Below, in pieces: positions 36,519 to 46,286 of a DNA stretch of 64,000 bases. The stretch's first letter is position 1. Each line of letters begins with the position of its first letter. This stretch comes from Chloroflexota bacterium. GTDB lineage: Bacteria > Chloroflexota > Limnocylindria > Limnocylindrales > CSP1-4. The translations under genes were made by a program, and so were the position numbers. The notes under the pieces were generated by a model that had not been told where the DNA came from, ran no database searches, and worked only from the letters and a program-made list of their open reading frames with translations. Where the stretch lies: positions 1,354-65,353 of the forward strand of contig VBGT01000027.1 in assembly GCA_005889475.1 (NCBI GenBank), in the 5' to 3' direction.

Positions 36519-37246
36519 CGTTCCGACCAAACCAGGGCGAGGGCAGCCTGGGGCAGCAGACCGACACCGAGCGCCTGGTCACCCAAGCACGCCAGGGCAG
36601 CGCCGTCCAGGGCGCCTACCTGACCCAGGCGTTCTTCTGGATGTTCGCCGGGCTGCTGCTGACCGCGGGAGTCGCCGCGGCCGTCAGGCTCAGCCCGTCG
36701 CTGCTGCAGGCAGCGCTGGACAACGTCCTCCTCGTCATCGTGGCGCAGCTCGCGCTGGTCATGATCATCTCGTTCGGCATTCGCCGCTTGAACGCGACGG
36801 CGGCGCTTGGCCTGTTCTTCGTCTACGCGGCAAGCCTCGGGCTCACCGTCGGGATCATCGTCATGGCCTACAAGGGCCCGTCGGTCGCCACGGCGTTCTT
36901 CTCGGCGAGCGCAATGTTCGGCGGCGCCGCCCTGTACGGCTACACGACCAAGCGATCGCTCGCGGGCCTTCGCGGGTATCTGTTCATGGGCATCTTCGGC
37001 CTGATCGCGGCGATGATCGTGAACCTCTTCGTCGGAGGCTCGACGTTCAGCTTCATCATCTCGATCGTCGGCGTGATCCTGTTCACGGTCCTGACCGCGT
37101 ACCACGTCCAGCGGATCGCGAACGGTGACCTTGCGGTCGCGACAGGTTCGGTCGAGAAGGCTGCCGTGATCGGCGCCCTCCTCCTCTACCTGGACTTCGT
37201 CAACCTGTTCCTGTTCCTGCTACGGCTGCTCGGCGGGCGACGCTGA
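36515..37246 (+). CDS. Bax inhibitor-1/YccA family membrane protein
   Basis: Seven TM helices and the C-terminal LYLDFVNLFLFLLRLLG motif. GTG 36515 overlaps the previous stop. Confidence 0.85.
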   Translation: MTFRPNQGEGSLGQQTDTERLVTQARQGSAVQGAYLTQAFFWMFAGLLLTAGVAAAVRLSPSLLQAALDNVLLVIVAQLALVMIISFGIRRLNATAALGLFFVYAASLGLTVGIIVMAYKGPSVATAFFSASAMFGGAALYGYTTKRSLAGLRGYLFMGIFGLIAAMIVNLFVGGSTFSFIISIVGVILFTVLTAYHVQRIANGDLAVATGSVEKAAVIGALLLYLDFVNLFLFLLRLLGGRR

Positions 37247-40200
37247 GCCCGGCGGCGATCCCGGCACTGACGCGAGGCCGGCGTCGCGCAGGCTGACGCA
37301 GGTCCTTCCTTGAGCGGCGCCGCCCCTCGATGCGGCGGCTGACGAACTGGCCGACGCGCATCGGCTCGGCCGGGTGCGCCCATGCGTAGCCCTGGCCCAT
37401 GTCGCAGCCGAGCTCGCGCAGCCGGCGCGCCTGCTCCTCGGTCTCGATGCCCTCGGCGACGACGGTGATGCCGAGGCCATGGGCGAGCGAGACGACGGCG
37501 CGGATGATGCCGACGTTCGGGTCGCGCACGTCGAGGTCGGTGACGAACGAACGATCGACCTTGATCGTGTCGAGCGGCAGCTGGCGCAGGTAGGCGAGCG
37601 AGGAGTAGCCCGTCCCGAAGTCGTCGAGGACGATGCGCACGCCAAGGGCACGCAGCTGCTGCAGGACGCCGAGGCTGGTCTCGGAGCGGTCCATGACGCT
37701 GCTCTCGGTGATCTCGAGCTCCAGCGCACTCGGCTCGAGCCCGGTCGAGCGCAGGACCTGGCGGATCCCGTTGGCGAGATCAGGGTCGAGGAACTGGCGA
37801 GGTGAGAGGTTCACGCTCATCATCAGGTTCTCGTCCGACCAGCGCATCCGCCACAGCTGGGCCTGGCGGCACGCCTTCTCGAGGATGACCCGGCCGATCG
37901 CGACGATGAGCTCGGACTCCTCGGCGAGGGCGATGAAGTCGACCGGCAGGACGAGGCCGCGCGACGGGTGCTGCCAGCGCGCCAATGCTTCGAAGCCGAC
38001 GATCCGCGACGTCCGCAGGTCGAGGATCGGTTGGTAGTGGACGATCAGCTCGTCGCGCTCGAGCGCGGTCCACAGCTCGGCCTCGACGTCGAGGCGCTCG
38101 CGGGCGTGGCGACTGCTGAGCGGGTCGAACATTGCGACCCGCAGCGTCGGGTGGCGCTTGGCGCTGATCAGCGCAATCTCGGCCTCCTGCAGCACGTCGC
38201 CGCCGCCCGTCGAGCCCGGCGCGCCCACAGCGATGCCCATGCTCGCGCTGATGAACCACGTCCGCCCGTCGATGTTGAACGGCGGCTTGAGCTCCAGCTG
38301 CACGCGCTCCGCGAACGCCATCGCCGCGTCGGCGTCGCTCTCGAGCATGAGGACCGCGAAGGTGTCCCCACCGAAGCGCGCCACCGCGTCGTTCGGCCCG
38401 AGGACGGACGAGATCCGGGCGCCGACCTCGCGCAGGACGCGGTCGCCGGCCGCGTGGCCGAGGCTCTCGTTCACGATCTGGAAGCGGTCGACGTCGAGCA
38501 ACATGACCGAGACCGGTCCACGGTCGATGCCGACCGGACCGGGGGCCAGGGCGTCGACGACCCGCTGGATGAGCGTCTCGCGTGTTGGCAAGCCGGTGAC
38601 CGGATCATGCGGTGACAGCGCCTGCTCGTGGAGCCGTGCGTTCTCGAGTGCGAACGAGGCGAGCTGGGCGAATCGCTGGAGCGCGTCGACCTCGGGCTGC
38701 CGGAAGACCCGGTCGGTCGTGCCCGAGGCGAGGCCGAGCACCCCGACCACCCGGCCGCCGATCGTCAGCGGTACGCCGACGCCGGCGCCGACCTTGCCCT
38801 TGAAGGCCTCGGCCGCGTCCTCGAACGCGTCGTAGTCGTCGACGACGAACGGCTTGCCGGTCCGGAAGACGTGACCACCGATGCCCTCGTCGACCGGGAG
38901 ACGGTAGCCGACGTACTCGGTCATCACGCCGACGGCCGCGCGGACGGTGAGGTGCGTGTCCCCGGGCTCGATGAGGTAGACGTAGCCGGTGCGCACGCCG
39001 AGGAGGCGCGTCGCGCGGGTCAGGATGGAGTCGAGGAGCTCCTCCGTCCGGCTGCCGTCGAGCAGCGCCATCGCGGTCTCGTCGAGCGCGGCCACGAACT
39101 GGTCGCGGGAGTTGCGGAACGGCGCGCCCTTCGCGAGGAAGAGCGCCTGGTCGGCGGTCTCGACGAGCGCATCCTTCTCGGTCGCGTCGTCCGGATGGCA
39201 GGCGACGCCGACGCTGATCGTGACGTGCGGGCCGCCGCTCTCGTCCGGGATGGCCTCGATCGCGGCCCGGATGCGCCGGGCGACCTCCTCGGCCGGCTGG
39301 CGCGGGCAGTCGGGCAGGATCACGGCGAACTCATCGCCGCCGTAGCGATACGCGCGGTCGCCCTGGCGGATGCACGACTCGATGGCCCGGCTGACGGCGA
39401 CGAGGAGCTCGTCACCGGCGGGATGGCCGTTCCGGTCGTTGTAGCCCTTGAACCGGTCCAGGTCCATCATCAGGACGGCGACCTGGCGGCTGGCGCCGAC
39501 GCTCAGGAAACCGGCCAGCTCACGCTGGAAGGCGCCGTGGTTTCGCAGCCCGCTCAGGGCGTCGCGCTCGGCCTGGACCTTGACCTCGTCGTGGGCCTCG
39601 GCGTTTCGCAGCGCGATCGCCGCCTGGGCGGCGAAGAGCTTCGTCAACTCGAACTCGTTCTGGCTGTAGTGCGCCTCGTCGGCACCCATCCGGCCGATGT
39701 TGAGCGTGCCCAGGACCTCGCCCTCGGCCATGAGCGGGACGATGACCATCGACTCTGGCTCGAACGGGGTGCCCGGGATCTGGACCGAGCGCGGGTCCAT
39801 GTGCGCGTCGTTGGCGAGGACCGGCTCGCGATGGTCAACCGACCAGCCGGTCAGGCCCGTGCCGAGGGGCGCGTCGTAGCCGAGGATCAGCTCGGCGAAG
39901 CGGTCGCGGGCGATGACCGGTCGCCGCACGCCGCGCTCCTTGTCGATCCGGTAGATCGTGAGCGAGTCGTAGGCGACCACCGTCTTGAGCGAGTCGGCGA
40001 TCATCTCGAGGACGCCCGACGGATCGAGGGTCGACAGGAGCCGCTCGTTGACGGCCATGAGCCGGCGCTGGCTGACGAGCTGGTGCTCCAGCTCGACCTG
40101 CTGGGTCCGGAGCTGCTCCAGCCGCTCGGCGTTGACCAGGGCCTGCGCCGCCGTGCCGGCGAAGATGCTCAGCGTGATCTCGTCGTCCGGCCCGAACCGG

Positions 40201-41375
40201 TCCTTGCCGAGGCGCGAGGCCACCACGATGCCGCGGACCTTGCCCTCGTAGGTCATCGGCACGACGAGCATCGATTCCGGACCGGCGGTCTCGCCGACGA
40301 TCAGGCTGCGGGTGTCGGCGTGGGCATCGCCCAGGAGCAGCGGCTCGCCGTGCTCGGCCACCCAGCCGGTGAGTCCCTCGCCCACCTTGACCCGCAGCAG
40401 CTCGGGCTCGGGATCGGCGCGGCCCATGAACGTGCCCTGGAATGCGATCGGCTCGCACCAGCCGGTGTCGTGGTCGATGCGATAGACGCGGACCGTGTCG
40501 TACGCGATCAGCGAGCGGGCCTCGCTGACGATCGTCTCGCCGATGCCGCGCACGTCCTGGATGCCCGACAGGCGTGCCGACAGGTCCTGGATCGCCCGGA
40601 GCCTGGCGGCGAGATCCTCGACGGAAGCCATGAGCCGGGCGTTGCCGATGGCGGTCGCGATCGTGTCGCCGAAGCTGCGCGCCAATGCCTCCTCGTCGGG
40701 CGACCAGTCGTATGGCGCCTTGTGGTAGAGGACGAGCAGGGCGAGCGGCGCGCCCCGGAACACCGCGGGCACGAAGCACAGCGAGGCGATGTCATGCTGG
40801 GCATAGACCTCGCGCATCTCCGGCGTGATCTTGCGATCGGTCGCGTCGCGGAACACGAGGACCTTCCCGCGCCGGAGCGCCTCGAACCCGGCGAGGTTCG
40901 AGTCGCCGGTCGCGGCCATGACCCGCTCGGCGATGGCATCGGGGAAGTCGCGCCGAGCGACGAGCTCCAGCGGGTGCTCCCGGGTCGGGTGCCACAGCCA
41001 CAGCCCGGCGCGGTCGGCGTGGAAGAGCCGTTGCGAGTTCTCGAGGACCTCCTCGAACACGGGCTGCAGCGACTCGGCGCCCGATAGCTCGGAGGCGAGA
41101 CGGCGCAGCGCATCGGTGCCCGTCGGCCCGACGACGCGGAGGGCTGCCCCGCCCCTGCGCCGGCCGCGCCGCGATCGCCGGTCGCGTTCGTCGAGGAGAC
41201 GCTCGAGGTCGCCCCGGCGCAGTCTGATCCGGCGGCTGCCTGGCTCGTGGATCGCCGACAGGTCGCCCCTGGCCGCCCACGCGCGCACGGTGTCGCGATG
41301 CACGCCGGCGAGGCGGGCAGCCTCGGCCAGCGTGATGAGCTCTGCGGCCGGTCCCGGCCGGGCAGCGAGGGCCAT
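37200..41375 (-). CDS. multidomain c-di-GMP signalling protein: excisionase/MerR-type HTH, GAF x3, GGDEF, GAF, degenerate GGDEF, EAL
   Basis: N-terminal LITLAEAARLAGVHRDTVRAWAARGDL. First cyclase has RQGD-x5-GGDEF, the second has GGDTF. EAL motifs EALARW, DDFGTGYSS, KVDRSF, EGIETEEQ. Its 3' end overlaps the convergent BI-1 gene by 47 nt. Confidence 0.9.
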   Translation of the reverse strand: MALAARPGPAAELITLAEAARLAGVHRDTVRAWAARGDLSAIHEPGSRRIRLRRGDLERLLDERDRRSRRGRRRGGAALRVVGPTGTDALRRLASELSGAESLQPVFEEVLENSQRLFHADRAGLWLWHPTREHPLELVARRDFPDAIAERVMAATGDSNLAGFEALRRGKVLVFRDATDRKITPEMREVYAQHDIASLCFVPAVFRGAPLALLVLYHKAPYDWSPDEEALARSFGDTIATAIGNARLMASVEDLAARLRAIQDLSARLSGIQDVRGIGETIVSEARSLIAYDTVRVYRIDHDTGWCEPIAFQGTFMGRADPEPELLRVKVGEGLTGWVAEHGEPLLLGDAHADTRSLIVGETAGPESMLVVPMTYEGKVRGIVVASRLGKDRFGPDDEITLSIFAGTAAQALVNAERLEQLRTQQVELEHQLVSQRRLMAVNERLLSTLDPSGVLEMIADSLKTVVAYDSLTIYRIDKERGVRRPVIARDRFAELILGYDAPLGTGLTGWSVDHREPVLANDAHMDPRSVQIPGTPFEPESMVIVPLMAEGEVLGTLNIGRMGADEAHYSQNEFELTKLFAAQAAIALRNAEAHDEVKVQAERDALSGLRNHGAFQRELAGFLSVGASRQVAVLMMDLDRFKGYNDRNGHPAGDELLVAVSRAIESCIRQGDRAYRYGGDEFAVILPDCPRQPAEEVARRIRAAIEAIPDESGGPHVTISVGVACHPDDATEKDALVETADQALFLAKGAPFRNSRDQFVAALDETAMALLDGSRTEELLDSILTRATRLLGVRTGYVYLIEPGDTHLTVRAAVGVMTEYVGYRLPVDEGIGGHVFRTGKPFVVDDYDAFEDAAEAFKGKVGAGVGVPLTIGGRVVGVLGLASGTTDRVFRQPEVDALQRFAQLASFALENARLHEQALSPHDPVTGLPTRETLIQRVVDALAPGPVGIDRGPVSVMLLDVDRFQIVNESLGHAAGDRVLREVGARISSVLGPNDAVARFGGDTFAVLMLESDADAAMAFAERVQLELKPPFNIDGRTWFISASMGIAVGAPGSTGGGDVLQEAEIALISAKRHPTLRVAMFDPLSSRHARERLDVEAELWTALERDELIVHYQPILDLRTSRIVGFEALARWQHPSRGLVLPVDFIALAEESELIVAIGRVILEKACRQAQLWRMRWSDENLMMSVNLSPRQFLDPDLANGIRQVLRSTGLEPSALELEITESSVMDRSETSLGVLQQLRALGVRIVLDDFGTGYSSLAYLRQLPLDTIKVDRSFVTDLDVRDPNVGIIRAVVSLAHGLGITVVAEGIETEEQARRLRELGCDMGQGYAWAHPAEPMRVGQFVSRRIEGRRRSRKDLRQPARRRPRVSAGIAAGLSVARRAAVAGTGTG

Positions 41376-41590
41376 CGGGCTTGGCGCAGCTCCCTGTTCG
41401 GCACCGGGCCACGGGTGCCGTGAGCGTGTTGCGGGCGAGCACCCCGCGAGTTCAGTGGGAACCGTACGGTGCGGTGGGGTTCGGAACGATAGGAATGGAG
41501 TACCTCCCCGTTCGTCCGGCTATCAGGTCGAACGGGCAACATGCACGGAGAGCGAGCGGGGGCCCAAGGTGGACGCCTAGGCTCGCGGGC

Positions 41591-42400
41591 ATGGCTCGAC
41601 CACGCCGCGCTCTGGCCGTGCTCGCAGGCATCTCGCTCGCTGTCGCTGCGTGCGGCTCCGGCGGTCCGGTGGCGACGAGCTCGACAGCTCCGCCCGCCAC
41701 CACCTCGGCGACGGCGACGCCTGTGCCGACTGGACCGAGGGTCCTCGCCATCTGCCACGACGGCGCGCACTGCGCGATCTCGCCGGGCGACTACGTGACG
41801 CCCGCGCCCGAGGGCTTCTGGCCGGGCTTGACCTTTTCGATCGGCTCGGGCTGGTTCGCAAGCGAGGCGGACAGCGGCGAGCTGGCACTGCACCCATCAG
41901 CCCAACCCGCTGACGCGGTCCTCCTGTGGAAGGACGTTGTCGCGATCCACAGCTCGACCGGCGGGCACGGGATCACGGGGATCACGGCGGTGAAAGGCGT
42001 CGGGACGACCGCTGACGAGCTTCTCGCCTACTTCACCAGCAACACCGACTACGACGTGCTCGCCGGCCCTGATCCCGCGACGACCGCCGGGGGCCTGAAG
42101 GGAACGGTCATCACGATGACCACCTCGAACACGGCCAACTTCGGCGATCCCGACTGCCCCGACAACCCGCACTGCTCCGCGTTCCTGCGCGATCCGGTCC
42201 ACTGGGGCACCGAGTTCTTCGCGATCGGAGGCGACGAGGTGGTCCGCATGTTCCTGACGTCGTTCGCCGCGGCGGGGGCGTCTCACACGCTGATCATCGC
42301 GCTCGATGCCCCGAACCCGACCGAGCTCGAGCGGTTCGCCGGCGATGCGAAGCCGATCATCGACAGCGTGGTCCTGCCCGAGACCTTCGTCGACAACTGA
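41591..42400 (+). CDS. hypothetical secreted lipoprotein
   Basis: MARPRRALAVLAGISLAVAACGSG lipobox. ATG 41591 lies 7 nt after TAGGCT (41578..41583). Confidence 0.55.
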   Translation: MARPRRALAVLAGISLAVAACGSGGPVATSSTAPPATTSATATPVPTGPRVLAICHDGAHCAISPGDYVTPAPEGFWPGLTFSIGSGWFASEADSGELALHPSAQPADAVLLWKDVVAIHSSTGGHGITGITAVKGVGTTADELLAYFTSNTDYDVLAGPDPATTAGGLKGTVITMTTSNTANFGDPDCPDNPHCSAFLRDPVHWGTEFFAIGGDEVVRMFLTSFAAAGASHTLIIALDAPNPTELERFAGDAKPIIDSVVLPETFVDN

Positions 42401-42445
42401 GGCTCGAGCCGCGGCTGCGAGACCGAGCCGAGGCCGACGATCGCA

Positions 42446-43219
42446 TCAGGCCGGCGCGAGGTCGGCGATGGAGTCCAGGACGAGGTCGGCGAGGGGTTCC
42501 AGGGTCGCCCGATCACCGACGCCGCTGAGCACGCCGATGACCCGGCCGGCACCCGCGGCGCGGGCCATCCGCATGTCGGCCGGTGAGTCGCCGATGACGG
42601 CCGTCCGAGCCGGCGTGGTGCCGAGCGCCGAACACAGGTGGAGCACCGGGTCCGGGGCGGGCTTGGGGCGGATCCCGTCGTCGGCGCAGGCAAGAGCGGC
42701 CATCTCGCCCGCGATCCCGAGCGCGGCGAGCGTCCGCTCGGTCGGTTCGCGATCGTCACTGGTGGCCACTGCAAACGTGGGCACGCGCCGCCGCAGCGCC
42801 GAGAGGAGCTCCTTCAGATCGGTCACCGGTTGCGCGAGCCCGACGGGGTCCGGTGCGTGCCACGAGCTCGTGACCGCCTCGGCCGCGGCGGCCGGCCCGG
42901 CGCCCGCATCGGAGACGTAGCTCTCGACCACCTCCCGCAGACGGCGCATCGGTGTGGCGGCCATCAGGCCATGCGCCTCGACTCGCCTTGTCCCCCGATC
43001 CACCCCGAGCAGCGGGTACAGGCCCTCGCGCACCGGCAGCCCGGTCGCCGCCTCGAGCCTGACGGCGAGCTCCTCGACCCACGGGCCCCACATCAGGTGG
43101 AACTCGATCAGGGTGCCGTCCTTGTCGAAGATGAGCAGGTCGATCCCGTCGAGGGGGTCCGCCGTCGACAGATGACCGTGACGTGGACCCGTTGGCCGAT
43201 CGCGTTGCAGCTCTGTCAT
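42446..43219 (-). CDS. HAD family hydrolase
   Basis: Motif I LLIFDKDGTL, motif II ATSD, motif IV GDSPADM. Confidence 0.8.
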   Translation of the reverse strand: MTELQRDRPTGPRHGHLSTADPLDGIDLLIFDKDGTLIEFHLMWGPWVEELAVRLEAATGLPVREGLYPLLGVDRGTRRVEAHGLMAATPMRRLREVVESYVSDAGAGPAAAAEAVTSSWHAPDPVGLAQPVTDLKELLSALRRRVPTFAVATSDDREPTERTLAALGIAGEMAALACADDGIRPKPAPDPVLHLCSALGTTPARTAVIGDSPADMRMARAAGAGRVIGVLSGVGDRATLEPLADLVLDSIADLAPA

Positions 43220-43430
43220 CTGCCCATCAGGTGAGCACTCGTCACGGACTCGACGTCATACGTTCACAGGGTGCGCAGTTGGCAACGGATCGACTCTCGC
43301 TCCGGGCGGTCCCGAACGTGGATGCCGGCGCCGACACCCCGATCTCATGACGAACGCTCACGGAGTGGGCGGATGACGAAAATTGCGGCCGCGCGCGAGT
43401 CGCCATCCTGCGGAGCGGCTGTCGTGCGGC

Positions 43431-44537
43431 TTACGCCTCGGCGATCAACGCCTCAACCGATTCAACCGGCGCCTTGGGGTCGAGTACCAGCGGTCCGTCC
43501 TGCGGGAACCTCACCGTTGCCGTGTCGCCGAGCTGGGGGAGCCGGAGCGTCGGCTCGTTGAACACGTCGAGGACGACCGTCGGACCTGATTCGCCCAACG
43601 CGAGGCGGATGCGAACAATCGAGCCCAGGAAGCTCACGTCTCCGACCTTGCCGGTCAGCCGGTTCGTGCCGTTCTCGCCGGGGCCAAGCTGGACCATCTC
43701 CGGCCGGAGGGCGACGCGGATCTCACGCCCGGCGCTGCCCTCGAATGCGTGCCCGAGCCGGACAGGCTGGCCCGCGATCGTCAGCTCGCCACGCGACGCG
43801 TCGACCACGACGCCGGGCAGCACGTTGAGCGTGCCGACGAAGGAGGCCACGAACGCGGTCGACGGGAAGTTGTAGATCTCGAACGGGGTGCCGACCTGCT
43901 CCATCCGGCCCTCGCTCATGACCACGACCCGATCCGAGAGTGAGAGTGCCTCCTCCTGGTCGTGGGTCACGTAGACCGTCGTGATCCCGAGCTGGCGCTG
44001 GATCGAGCGGATCTCGTGGCGGAGGGCGACCCGGATCTTGGCGTCGAGCGCCGACAGGGGCTCGTCGAGCAGCAGGACCTGCGGCTCGAACGCGAGGGCG
44101 CGCGCCAGGGCGACGCGCTGCTGCTGGCCGCCGGAAAGCTGGTACGGATACCGAGCGCCCTTGTCCGGCAGGTTGACGATCTCGAGCAGCTCCGCGACAC
44201 GCTTCTTGATCTGGTCCTTCGGGCGCTTGCGAACCTTGAGCCCGAACCCGATGTTGTCGGCCACGGTCATGTTCGGGAAGAGCGCGTAGGACTGGAACAC
44301 CATGCCGACGTTGCGCTTGTTCGGCGAGCGGTAGGTGACGTCCTCATCGTTGATCCGGATCGTGCCGGACGTGGGTTGCTCGAAGCCCGCGATCATGCGG
44401 AGCGTCGTCGTCTTGCCACAGCCCGACGGTCCCAGGAACGAGACGAACTCGCCCTTCTCCGCGGCCAGGTTGAAGCCCTCGACCGCGGTGGTATCGCCGA
44501 ATCGCTTCTGGACATCGGTCAGCTCGAGAAAGCTCAT
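43431..44537 (-). CDS. ABC importer ATP-binding protein (PotA/FbpC-like, with C-terminal regulatory domain)
   Basis: GPSGCGKTT, LSGGQQQRVALARAL, LLLDEP. Confidence 0.9.
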   Translation of the reverse strand: MSFLELTDVQKRFGDTTAVEGFNLAAEKGEFVSFLGPSGCGKTTTLRMIAGFEQPTSGTIRINDEDVTYRSPNKRNVGMVFQSYALFPNMTVADNIGFGLKVRKRPKDQIKKRVAELLEIVNLPDKGARYPYQLSGGQQQRVALARALAFEPQVLLLDEPLSALDAKIRVALRHEIRSIQRQLGITTVYVTHDQEEALSLSDRVVVMSEGRMEQVGTPFEIYNFPSTAFVASFVGTLNVLPGVVVDASRGELTIAGQPVRLGHAFEGSAGREIRVALRPEMVQLGPGENGTNRLTGKVGDVSFLGSIVRIRLALGESGPTVVLDVFNEPTLRLPQLGDTATVRFPQDGPLVLDPKAPVESVEALIAEA

Positions 44538-44552
44538 GCCGCTCTCATGCTC

Positions 44553-45341
44553 CTAGCGGGCTCCTGCTACCTGAACGCGTTGGCGAGAACCTCGACCGAG
44601 CAACGCGATCATGCCCATCGCCATCCACGTGAGACCGAAGCTGATGATCGTGACGGCGGCGGGCTCGAATGCCTTGTCTCGGCCGAGCAACGCGAGGTAC
44701 GGGCCGAAGGCCGGTCGGACGAGGAAGCTGGCGATGGTGTACTCGCCGATGACGATGGCGAGCGTCAGGAAGGCTCCGCTGAGCAGGGCCACGCGGATGT
44801 TCGGAAAGATCACGGAGATGAGGATCCGCGTCCAGCCCGCCCCCATGCTCTGGGCAGCCTCGGTCAGGGTCCGCACATTGATCGCCTGCAGGCCGCTGTC
44901 GACGGCTCGGTACATATACGGGAACGAGAGGACCACGTAGGCCGCGACGACGAGGATGTTCAGGCCAAAGTCCGTGCCCGTGAGGGGGAGCGGCGGGCCG
45001 GCGTAGGCGCGCAGCAGCCCGAATGCGAGGATCACCGGCGGGATCACGAAGGGCAGCAGGGTCACGAACTCGACGACGGGTCGAAGCCGCGGCAACCTGA
45101 GGCGCACCCAGTACGCGGTCGGCACGATGATCAGGAGGCTCACCAGGATCGTGATGACGCCAACGATCGCCGAGTAGATGAGGCTGCCGGCGAATTGTGG
45201 GTCCTTGAAGAGCACGTTCGTGTACGCAACGAACGGGACCTTCGTCCGCAATGAAAACTCGAGCGTCGCGTACAGCGGAAGCAGGAAATACAGGACGCCC
45301 AGGATGAAGATGACCCAGGAGAAGATGCGGCTCAGCTTCAT
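44553..45341 (-). CDS. ABC transporter permease (PotC-like)
   Basis: Six-TM permease with an EAA-like loop (EAAQSMGAG). Confidence 0.85.
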   Translation of the reverse strand: MKLSRIFSWVIFILGVLYFLLPLYATLEFSLRTKVPFVAYTNVLFKDPQFAGSLIYSAIVGVITILVSLLIIVPTAYWVRLRLPRLRPVVEFVTLLPFVIPPVILAFGLLRAYAGPPLPLTGTDFGLNILVVAAYVVLSFPYMYRAVDSGLQAINVRTLTEAAQSMGAGWTRILISVIFPNIRVALLSGAFLTLAIVIGEYTIASFLVRPAFGPYLALLGRDKAFEPAAVTIISFGLTWMAMGMIALLGRGSRQRVQVAGAR

Positions 45342-46249
45342 CGCAGCCAGCGCTCCGATCGCCGCTGGAGGATCGAGTAGCCGGTGATCGAGACGCCCAT
45401 GATCACGACCATCCCCATTGCGAGCGCGTACCCCAGGTTGATGTTGTGGAACACGTCACCGCTGATCTGGGCCGTGATGAGATTCGTGACCAGGGGCACG
45501 AGACCGGCCGTGAGCTGGTACGCCGTGGCCTGCGCACCAAAGGCATTTCCGAAGAGCAGGATCGTCGTCCCGAGCAGGGTTGGCAGCAGGACCGGCAGCG
45601 CGATGTGCTGCCAGTATTGGCGTGAGCTCGCGCCCAGGTTCTCGGACGCCTCCCGCCATTCGCGCTTGAGCCCGTCGATCGCCGGCGCGACGATCAGGAT
45701 CATCAGCGGGAACTGGAAGTAGAGGTAGACGAGCTCGAGGCCCAGCTTCTGGTAGATACTGAACTTGATCTCCTTGCCGTAGAGATCGATGCCCAGACCG
45801 TCGAGGAGCAACTTCGTCACCAGGCCCTGGAGGCCGAGGGTGAAGGTGAACGCGAGGGCGAGCGGAATGCCCGCGAAGTTCGAGGCCACCCCGGAGAACG
45901 TCATCAGCAGGGACCGCAGGAACCTGGGCAGCCCGCCGAGGATCACCGCGTACGCCAAGAGGAAGCCGAAGAGCCCGCCCCCGATCGCCGTGACCAGGCT
46001 GATCTCGATGCTCGTGGTGTACGCGAGGACGATGTTCGGCTCGGTGAGATCGATGTAGTTCTTGATCGTCGGCTGGTGGGTGACCGCGTCCTGGAAGCTG
46101 CCGACGACGAGGTAGCCGACGGGCAGGATCAGGAACAGCGCTGAAAACAGGAAGAACGGCAGGACGCCCACGAGCGTTGGGCCGCGAAAGCGCCCGGGCC
46201 GCGCCGGTGGCGCGGCTCGGGTCGACTCTGGCGCCGTTTCGACCGTCAA
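45338..46249 (-). CDS. ABC transporter permease (PotB-like)
   Basis: Six-TM permease with EASENLGAS loop. Stop overlaps the downstream permease start. Confidence 0.85.
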   Translation of the reverse strand: MTVETAPESTRAAPPARPGRFRGPTLVGVLPFFLFSALFLILPVGYLVVGSFQDAVTHQPTIKNYIDLTEPNIVLAYTTSIEISLVTAIGGGLFGFLLAYAVILGGLPRFLRSLLMTFSGVASNFAGIPLALAFTFTLGLQGLVTKLLLDGLGIDLYGKEIKFSIYQKLGLELVYLYFQFPLMILIVAPAIDGLKREWREASENLGASSRQYWQHIALPVLLPTLLGTTILLFGNAFGAQATAYQLTAGLVPLVTNLITAQISGDVFHNINLGYALAMGMVVIMGVSITGYSILQRRSERWLR

Positions 46250-46286
46250 CGCGTTGTCGACTGCAAAACGGGTTACGTGATCGCGG

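Noticed and set aside
38628-41087. 819-aa plus-strand ORF antisense to the GAF/GGDEF/EAL gene
   Set aside because: Shadow ORF. There is no domain signature, the composition is Arg/Asp/Gly-rich, and the opposite strand encodes clear GAF/GGDEF motifs.
41376-41590. c-di-GMP riboswitch between the GGDEF/EAL gene and the lipoprotein gene
   Set aside because: No GEMM-like conserved core is recognisable. The lipoprotein gene appears leaderless (TAGGCT, 7 nt, then ATG), leaving no 5' UTR for a riboswitch.
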